From assembly GCA_963675665.1 (NCBI GenBank), contig OY776510.1, positions 3,136,001 through 3,200,000 on the forward strand: a stretch of DNA of 64,000 bases, in the 5' to 3' direction. The translations under genes and the position numbers were made by a program. Of the stretch, positions 57,298 to 64,000 are shown piece after piece (the stretch's first letter is position 1; each line of letters opens with the position of its first letter). The notes under the pieces were generated by a model, which saw only the letters and a program-made list of their open reading frames with translations, did no database searches and was not told where the DNA came from. Source of the stretch: Spirochaetia bacterium (GTDB lineage: Bacteria > Spirochaetota > Spirochaetia > UBA9216).

Positions 57298-57374
57298 TTC
57301 TCAATATATAAAAACTATAAAGGTGTTCAACGAACGACCTCTCAAGTGTTTACAGATAAAAATATATCAATTTT

Positions 57375-58061
57375 TTACCCTTTTATCAATATCCGAAGCA
57401 CATCTTTTGCCGATTTAGCGGTTAAAAACTCGTTAAAATCGACATTATTTCTTAAAAAGGTGTTAATTTTAGCGATTATGCGCAAATGTGCAATCTCGTT
57501 GTTTGTATATATAAGGAAAAATAATTTTACGGGTTTTCCGTCAATAGCTCCGAATTCAATACCGTCTTTACAGATACCGATTACTATTACAGGTCTGTGT
57601 GAAGTATTTTCCCTGGGATTCCTGATGTGGGGCATTGCTACGCCGTTGCCAAGCCCGGTGCTTATCATATTTTCACGTGACAGAAGTTTGATAACGAAAG
57701 CGTCATGATCATTAACAAGACCTGCCTCAACAAGGGGTTTTGACAGGGCTCTAAGAACTGATTCAGCATCACCGGGGGCCAGTTCAGTAAGAATGAATTC
57801 TTCACTTGTAAGTCTGGATAACGGAACGCTGTCTGGATCCATCTGCATCAGATTTGTTAAATCATCAGTATGGATTGTATTCATTTTATTTAAAATCCAG
57901 TCGTCTATAAGACCTTTATCGAATCGCCACTGACTTGCAATTTTAACGCAAGGTATTTCATCTTTCTGAATCATCCTTAAAACTGTTTTTTCGGCAACTT
58001 TTAGATAATTTGCAATTTCAGCAAGAGTAAGTAAATTACCGGATAATACCTTGTTTTCCAT
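57375..58061 (-). CDS. HTH_17 (excisionase-like) fused PTS EIIA (Fru/Ntr-type) protein
   Basis: LT..EIA.YLKV.EKTV.R......IP..KI...WRF; RE...STG.G.GVAMPH; F.A.DGKPV...F. Confidence 0.9.
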   Translation of the reverse strand: MENKVLSGNLLTLAEIANYLKVAEKTVLRMIQKDEIPCVKIASQWRFDKGLIDDWILNKMNTIHTDDLTNLMQMDPDSVPLSRLTSEEFILTELAPGDAESVLRALSKPLVEAGLVNDHDAFVIKLLSRENMISTGLGNGVAMPHIRNPRENTSHRPVIVIGICKDGIEFGAIDGKPVKLFFLIYTNNEIAHLRIIAKINTFLRNNVDFNEFLTAKSAKDVLRILIKG

Positions 58062-58114
58062 GAAAGCCCCTTTATAGTCTTGTGATGTCCATTATAGTCT
58101 ATTTTTGTACTTAG

Positions 58115-59191
58115 TCAAGTATTAGAGAACCTGATCATTGTACTATGAACATATTTTTCTCCGGGGCGGAGAATACAGGACGGAAAAGAAGGCTGGTTCG
58201 GGGCATCGGGAAAATTCTGGGTTTCAAGACACAGACCGGAATGTATCTGATAAACACCGCTTCTTCCGTGTTCATTATTGATAAAATTACCTGTATAGAA
58301 CTGAACTCCAGGCTGGCTTGTAAAAAACTCAAGTTTTCTTCCTGTTGATGGACAGACAAGAACTGCAAAAGGATCGGCTTTTTTTACAGCGGAAGCTGCT
58401 TCAGCGGAACCTGTGCCGACAGTGTTTTTATCGTAATTTCCGGTAACCCAGCAGTGGTCATACCCTCCGGCTTCTGCAATGTCGGTTCCGATACGTTTGG
58501 GCTTCTGAAAGTCAAAAGGTGTCCCTGCCGTTTCGTGAAGTTTGCCTATAGGTATCTGAACATCGTTGACCGGAATATACCGGCTGCAGTCAAGAGCGAT
58601 TTCGTGATCAAGAATATCGGTTTTTTCAGGGTCATCAAGGTTCCAGTAAACATGATTGGTAAGATTAATCGGGGTTGCCTTTTGGGTAATTGCCTCATAA
58701 TCGAAAAATAATTCGTTATTTTCAGTAAGTGTATATGATGCTGTAACTTCCAGAGTTCCCGGAAATCCTTCTTCTCCGTCATCACTTACATAAGTGAAAC
58801 GAACACCGGCTTTTGAATCTTCTTTAAACGGAAAAATATCCCAGATTTGTTTGTCGAAACCGCCGGGACCACCGTGAAGGCTGTTGGGACCGTTATTTGC
58901 CGCAAGTTTGTAATCAATACCGTCGAGATTAAATTTCGCATCCGCAATACGATTGCCGAAACGCCCGATGGTGCTTCCGAAGTATGGGTGTCCGGCTTCA
59001 TATGATGCAAGATCCGCCTTGCCCAGGGTTACCTCGCCTGAATTGCCGTTTTTATCCGGGCATTTAACCGAAATAAGCGTAGCCCCGTAACTTATGACTG
59101 AAAAGGAAATTTTATTACTGTTTGATACAGTTACTATATCAATCCGATCTCCGGATTTTGTTTTTCCATATGTGTTACCTTCAATTTTCAT
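58115..59191 (-). CDS. galM: Aldose 1-epimerase (galactose mutarotase)
   Basis: GRFGNRI, SLHGG, EEGFPG, NLTNH.YWNL, YDH, QFYTGN and CLETQ..PD motifs; start re-called to 59191. Confidence 0.93.
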   Translation of the reverse strand: MKIEGNTYGKTKSGDRIDIVTVSNSNKISFSVISYGATLISVKCPDKNGNSGEVTLGKADLASYEAGHPYFGSTIGRFGNRIADAKFNLDGIDYKLAANNGPNSLHGGPGGFDKQIWDIFPFKEDSKAGVRFTYVSDDGEEGFPGTLEVTASYTLTENNELFFDYEAITQKATPINLTNHVYWNLDDPEKTDILDHEIALDCSRYIPVNDVQIPIGKLHETAGTPFDFQKPKRIGTDIAEAGGYDHCWVTGNYDKNTVGTGSAEAASAVKKADPFAVLVCPSTGRKLEFFTSQPGVQFYTGNFINNEHGRSGVYQIHSGLCLETQNFPDAPNQPSFPSCILRPGEKYVHSTMIRFSNT

Positions 59192-60929
59192 TTTTAATCT
59201 CTCCAAGTAATATTTTAAGCTGTTTAATTTCATTGACGATTTTATTTTTATCCATGTTACGAAAGCTTTCAGGTATCATTTCACGGCTTGTACATTCAAG
59301 CACTGCAGCGAGGTTCTGTAGATCGATCTCATGGGGGTAGGTAGGAGGAAGAAATTCGCGGGCGGTGTTTTCAATATCGTTATCGTTGATAACAACACGG
59401 TTATCAAGCGCCGCGCTGAACCTGGCCCTGATAAGAATTGCTTCAAGATCTGCCCCGGAAAGAGTCAGGTGATATTTTCGGAGCATCCGCGAAACGGCAA
59501 ATCCCGTTGTTTTAAGTTTAAGTTTCTGTAGCAGAATATTAAAAAGTTCGTCAATCTCGGTATCGTTCTGGGGGAAAAACAGTGCAAGGTGTTCTTCGGC
59601 GCGGCCCTGGCGTTTCAGGTCTATAGGGATTAGATCGGGCCGGTTTGTTGCAATAAACCATATGATCTTGCCGCGAAAGGCCGTGTTTCCCATGAAATCG
59701 GCTATCCGCGCGAAAAGGCTTCCCGACTGGCTTCTGCTGCTCTTGCTTCCATGACCCAGAAGAGTGTCGGCTTCATCAATAAGTACGCCGACCGGAGCCA
59801 TCGCCTTAATTATATTCATTACCTTGTCGAAGTTTGAATCGGTAGCGCCGGCCCAGCCTGCCTTGAACTTGACAATAGGTATGCCGACCTCTCCGGCAAA
59901 GGCTGTTACCAGGAAAGTTTTACCGGTGCCTACGGGTCCTGAAATCAGGTAACCCATGGGCAGAACTTCAAGCTGACCTTTTTTGATGGCTTTCGCTGCA
60001 TTTTTTAGCCTTGATTTAACGAATTTCTGACCTGCTATCATTGAAAGATCATACTCGGTTTCGATAAATTCAAGCAGTCCGGCCGCTTCGTTTTCTATAA
60101 TCTCCTTCTTTTTATCGCGGAGATAATCTATGGTTATGGTTCTGTCTTCCTGAAATGATTCCGCCGCAATCTGGTTGAGATTCATCAGGTTGAGACCGCT
60201 GGTTACGGATGCAACCCTGTCGGTGTTTAACCTGCTTTCAAGCAGAAGGTAATCGCGGTTTGCGGTAAAATTGAGAAAAGCTTTGCGAACATTAAAATCG
60301 GGAAGGGGAATGCTGAGTTTAACAGTATTCGGGGAACGTACAAGACGACTGTTTACATCGGAAAGTGTTTCCGACAGCAGCATAATCGAAATATCGCCCT
60401 GGGTAAAAATGGGATCATGCGCCCAGCGGTTGAGGGTAACCAGACAGAAGCGGTCTTCTTCGGATAATTCCGAAATTTCCGCATTGGGAACGATGGTCTC
60501 GGCAAAATCGATGATGAGTACAATCCTGAGTTTCTTTGAAATATTCATAAGAAAATATTTTTCAAGATTACTGAAAGCCTCTGAAGGTCCGGACGACATA
60601 AGTTCCTGTTCCGTTTTTTCAGGAAAGGTTTTACGCATCATATTAATATAATTATTCTGCATTTCCCGATCGCAGAAATTAATACCGGAAGATCGGTCGT
60701 AAAATACTATTATATCCTTGTTGCCGAACAGAACCTCGGAAATGAACTCCTGTATCCGGACAAAAACAAATTCACCCTCATACATTTTGTTCGGAAGAAA
60801 ATCCCTGATATTTCCGTGAATAAGATAAAGGTTGGCTGTTTCAGAACAGTATTTGTAAGACAATTCCTGGGCCCAGCCCGGAAGAACCTTTATGAACTCA
60901 AGATTTTTTAAAATAAGCTGTTCTGCCAT
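59181..60929 (-). CDS. AAA+ ATPase (degenerate N-terminal AAA module plus active C-terminal module)
   Basis: GPVGTGKT Walker A, IDEAD Walker B, ATNRPD...DLKRQGR second region of homology. Confidence 0.88.
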   Translation of the reverse strand: MAEQLILKNLEFIKVLPGWAQELSYKYCSETANLYLIHGNIRDFLPNKMYEGEFVFVRIQEFISEVLFGNKDIIVFYDRSSGINFCDREMQNNYINMMRKTFPEKTEQELMSSGPSEAFSNLEKYFLMNISKKLRIVLIIDFAETIVPNAEISELSEEDRFCLVTLNRWAHDPIFTQGDISIMLLSETLSDVNSRLVRSPNTVKLSIPLPDFNVRKAFLNFTANRDYLLLESRLNTDRVASVTSGLNLMNLNQIAAESFQEDRTITIDYLRDKKKEIIENEAAGLLEFIETEYDLSMIAGQKFVKSRLKNAAKAIKKGQLEVLPMGYLISGPVGTGKTFLVTAFAGEVGIPIVKFKAGWAGATDSNFDKVMNIIKAMAPVGVLIDEADTLLGHGSKSSRSQSGSLFARIADFMGNTAFRGKIIWFIATNRPDLIPIDLKRQGRAEEHLALFFPQNDTEIDELFNILLQKLKLKTTGFAVSRMLRKYHLTLSGADLEAILIRARFSAALDNRVVINDNDIENTAREFLPPTYPHEIDLQNLAAVLECTSREMIPESFRNMDKNKIVNEIKQLKILLGEIKNEN

Positions 60930-60962
60930 TTCCCCTCCGTGGATTATGATAATATTATATGC

Positions 60963-62807
60963 TCATTGGGGCTTTTTGTCAGCAGAGTAAATTACAACTT
61001 TGTTCCGTCCACTGTTTTTCGCACGATAAAGGGCGGAATCGGCATGCTGGAGTGTTTTTTCAAGGCTTCCGTCCGGTTCAGCTGCGGCTATCCCTATACT
61101 TACTGTCAGCCCGGGAACCCCTTCTGTATTTTTTACTGTACTGGTTTCGGTTCTGAGCCTGATCCTTTCAGCGGCAAGGAACGCTTTTTCAAGATCTGTA
61201 TCTGGCAAAATCACTGAAAACTCTTCTCCTCCAAGCCGTCCGGCAATATCCTGGGACCTGAGGTTTTCCCTGCATATTTGTGCAAAATGTTTCAGGGCTT
61301 TGTCGCCGGTTGAGTGTCCATGGATATCATTAATCATTTTGAAATTATCCAGATCGAACATTAAAACAGATAATTTACGTCCGCTTCGCTGGTAAATTGA
61401 GAATTCGCGTTCGCCCAGATGCATAAAATATCTTCTGTTGTAAAAACCCGTAAGAAAATCTGTAGAAGCCATTTCCTTCAGCTTGAGAGAGGCTTCACGG
61501 CGTTCGCTTATATCCTCAAAGATCCAGACAACACCTTTATCCGGATCGGGCGGATCATTCTGATCTATTGCTTTTCCCGAGACACTCATCCATATATGAG
61601 AACCGTTTTTATGCTTAAAGGGATATTCTACCTGAATTACCTCGCGATTTATCAGCGCCTGATAATATTTTTGACCGAACTCTTCCGCGTTTTCTTTGGA
61701 AATATGAAACTCTTCAACCAGTTTGCCTTTTAAATAATCCGGGTCGTCATAACCGAAAATATCAGCTATTCTCCGGTTTACCCTGTATATTTTTCTGCCG
61801 CCGCGGAGAATCACTATCCCGACAAGGCTGTTTGAAAAATAAATATCAAGCTCGTTAAGGGCTTCCTGAAGCTCACTGTTTGTTTTCAGTTGAGAAAGAT
61901 GTGCATTAAGAATAAAAACCCCAAGAATGTGAACGACAACCAGACTTAAAAGAATAATAAAGAGTGTAAACCATATGTCGCTTAAAGGATAACTTTCATC
62001 TTCAATTATGATGTAAAGGGGTAAATCGGCTATTTTCCTGCTGCCTGTATATCCGGCTTTTATATTGAATTTGTAGCCCGGTGAATATTCCAGGTATTCA
62101 TTATTATCATCCGGTAAAAGAATGTTTTCGAATCCGGAATATTTTTCACCGATAGCTGAGTGGTTTTCGGAATTATTTGCAAGCAGGATTCCTTCTGAAT
62201 CGATTATTGTAATCAGCCCCGAGCCTTCATAATCAAGTTTTGAGATCCATTCGGCGAAAGATTCAAGGTTGATAGCTATAATTACCATAGCGGTGAATCC
62301 ATTGTTAATTAATTCGTAGTTTAACCCCTGGGCAATTAAAAGATAGCCCTCCGGAGATTTAAAGGCGCTGCTTATGATATACTTCGTCTCCGGATTATCT
62401 TTCATTTCTTTGAAGAATGTATTATCACCGAGATCGAAACCGTCGACCGAAGTCGAATACGACAGTATACCGTTCATGTCGATTACACCTGAAAATGCGG
62501 TGTGTGGAAATGAAGAAGAAATAAGGTTCAGTATTCGGGTATATGATTTATATATTGATATATTTTCCGGAGGGTAATGGATTTCTTCCGAAGGCAATTG
62601 CATACGCATTTTCTCAAGAATAAACCTGTTTGACTGGAAATACTCATTTATCCACTCGCCGAGGATATAAGAATTATTTTTTAATTCTATGCTTCTGTCG
62701 GTTTTTGCTTTGGAATAGGAGATCAAAAAGAACAAAATTGCGAAGAGGATGGAAATAAATGAAAATATGATAAAAATAAGGTAACTTGCCTGTTTCTGCC
62801 TTGCCAT
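60963..62807 (-). CDS. Membrane sensor diguanylate cyclase (dCache-like - PAS - GGDEF)
   Basis: Two TMs flanking a periplasmic domain; PAS/PAC (HKNGSHIW); DFLTG.YNRR, DLDNFK.IND.HGH..GD, RSQD I-site and GGEEF. Confidence 0.95.
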   Translation of the reverse strand: MARQKQASYLIFIIFSFISILFAILFFLISYSKAKTDRSIELKNNSYILGEWINEYFQSNRFILEKMRMQLPSEEIHYPPENISIYKSYTRILNLISSSFPHTAFSGVIDMNGILSYSTSVDGFDLGDNTFFKEMKDNPETKYIISSAFKSPEGYLLIAQGLNYELINNGFTAMVIIAINLESFAEWISKLDYEGSGLITIIDSEGILLANNSENHSAIGEKYSGFENILLPDDNNEYLEYSPGYKFNIKAGYTGSRKIADLPLYIIIEDESYPLSDIWFTLFIILLSLVVVHILGVFILNAHLSQLKTNSELQEALNELDIYFSNSLVGIVILRGGRKIYRVNRRIADIFGYDDPDYLKGKLVEEFHISKENAEEFGQKYYQALINREVIQVEYPFKHKNGSHIWMSVSGKAIDQNDPPDPDKGVVWIFEDISERREASLKLKEMASTDFLTGFYNRRYFMHLGEREFSIYQRSGRKLSVLMFDLDNFKMINDIHGHSTGDKALKHFAQICRENLRSQDIAGRLGGEEFSVILPDTDLEKAFLAAERIRLRTETSTVKNTEGVPGLTVSIGIAAAEPDGSLEKTLQHADSALYRAKNSGRNKVVIYSADKKPQ

Positions 62808-62886
62808 GATCTTGATTATAATTGACTATAAGTTAAATTTAAATAAAACACTTGAAAATAATTTAACTAACAGAGAGGTTTTCTTC

Positions 62887-63336
62887 ATGATTGAAATATA
62901 TACCGACGGAGGATGTTCGGGAAATCCGGGGCCGGGCGGGTGGGCTTTTGTTCTGACCGTCGGAGATGTTCAGATAAGGAAATCCGGGGGAGAACCTGAT
63001 ACGACAAACAACCGGATGGAGCTTTCAGCGGTTATTAATGCGCTTAAAGATGTGAAAGCAAGCCCTCAGTGGAGCGCGCAGACGGTAATGATTTTTACTG
63101 ATTCCCAGTATGTCAAGAACGGAATAACCTTATGGATAAACAACTGGGTCAGAAACGGCTGGAAAACATCCGCGAAAAAACCGGTTAAAAATAAAGAATA
63201 CTGGGTTGAGCTTAAAGAGCTTACCGATTCTTTACAGGTTGAATGGCGATGGGTTAAGGGGCACGCCGGAAATGAACTGAATGAAGAGTGCGATTCAATG
63301 GTCGGAGCCGAAATGGCCAAATACACCGCTAAATAA
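62887..63336 (+). CDS. rnhA: Ribonuclease HI
   Basis: IYTDG.CSGNPGPGGW, TTNNRMEL, TDSQYV and WVKGHAG...NE.CD motifs; start re-called to 62887 behind GAGG. Confidence 0.97.
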   Translation: MIEIYTDGGCSGNPGPGGWAFVLTVGDVQIRKSGGEPDTTNNRMELSAVINALKDVKASPQWSAQTVMIFTDSQYVKNGITLWINNWVRNGWKTSAKKPVKNKEYWVELKELTDSLQVEWRWVKGHAGNELNEECDSMVGAEMAKYTAK

Positions 63337-63409
63337 ATAACCAGGAAGCAGCATATATAAATCGGAAGCATGAAGAAAAAACAGTGTTATAGAATGTTAA
63401 GGACGAATA

Positions 63410-64000
63410 ATGACTATAACCAGTTTTACTTCCAACAGCTTTGACGGAAAACTTGTCAGGGTTGAAGTTGATATCAGACGCGGAATTCCCGGGGTTGATA
63501 TTATCGGCCTGCCCGACGGTGCAGTTCTTGAATCCAGGGACAGGCTGCGCGCCGCGCTGCGCAACAGCGGTTTTGAAGTGCCGAAAGGCAGAATACTTAT
63601 CAACCTGGCTCCTGCGGGAATACGTAAAGAGGGAGCATCGTTTGATCTTGCCATTGCGGCAGCCGTGCTTGTGCAGTCCGGAGTTATAAGTACTGTTCCG
63701 TCCTGCGAAGTAATGATCCTGGGAGAACTGATGCTGTCGGGTGAAATACGACCTGTAACCGGGGTACTTTCAGCCGTTGCCGCGGCAGCAAAGGCTGATA
63801 TCAGTCTTGTTATTGTGCCCGGTCAGAACCTGGCTGAAGCCTGTTCTTTGGGGCGTAAAGATATTTACGGTATAAAAACCATATCCGAACTTCCTTCTCT
63901 TCTCACCGCGTTTGTTCACGGCGCCGGCCTGAAGGATTTTGAAAATGAGGAAACGCATCAAGAAAATGAAACAGAAGACAGAATAAAGCCCCAGGTGGAT
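63410..64000 (+). CDS. comM: YifB/ComM family Mg-chelatase-like AAA ATPase (partial, runs off window)
   Basis: Not in the ORF track (no stop in window); translates VEVDIRRGIPGVDIIGLPD.AV.ESRDR.RAA..NSGF.....I.INLAPA..RKEG..FDLAIA, GEL.L.G. Confidence 0.9.
   Translation, partial: MTITSFTSNSFDGKLVRVEVDIRRGIPGVDIIGLPDGAVLESRDRLRAALRNSGFEVPKGRILINLAPAGIRKEGASFDLAIAAAVLVQSGVISTVPSCEVMILGELMLSGEIRPVTGVLSAVAAAAKADISLVIVPGQNLAEACSLGRKDIYGIKTISELPSLLTAFVHGAGLKDFENEETHQENETEDRIKPQVD

Noticed and set aside
57238-57708. 156-aa plus-strand ORF behind GGAGG motifs
   Set aside because: The GTG start lies inside the SD itself and most of the ORF is antisense to the EIIA gene
43-63961. Numerous short antisense or alternate-frame ORFs in the six-frame track
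   Set aside because: They are shadows of well-supported genes, lacking RBS, motifs or protein-like composition

Overview
Gene-dense bacterial chromosomal window, most likely from a free-living spirochete (Spirochaetales). This is inferred from the rpsU sequence, the spirochete-type RecJ and PilZ architectures, the 'AGGQQE' binding-protein N-terminus and many TPR proteins. It holds about 55 CDS: housekeeping genes (lon, recO, recJ, rpsU, serC, mutL, aconitase, rnhA, galM, ttcA-like, partial comM/yifB), a putrescine aminotransferase locus, a phnCDE-type ABC transporter, signalling genes (ComFB, PilZ, GGDEF, CYTH) and one tRNA-Met. I saw no integrase, transposase, prophage, rRNA or CRISPR array. 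Top leads: (1) a 1537-aa outer-membrane protein whose motifs line up collinearly with the type IX secretion translocon SprA/Sov, heading an apparent operon with two paralogous beta-barrel proteins (one FecR-fused and frameshifted), i.e. a candidate T9SS-like system outside Bacteroidota; (2) a voltage-sensor-domain protein with a HAMP-like tail but no pore or output domain; (3) a candidate sRNA carrying two anti-Shine-Dalgarno motifs; (4) rpsU probably initiating at ATC behind an extended SD; (5) repeated leaderless-type promoters; (6) a dispersed palindromic repeat and a five-hairpin array. All family assignments are from motif recognition by eye; no database search was run.
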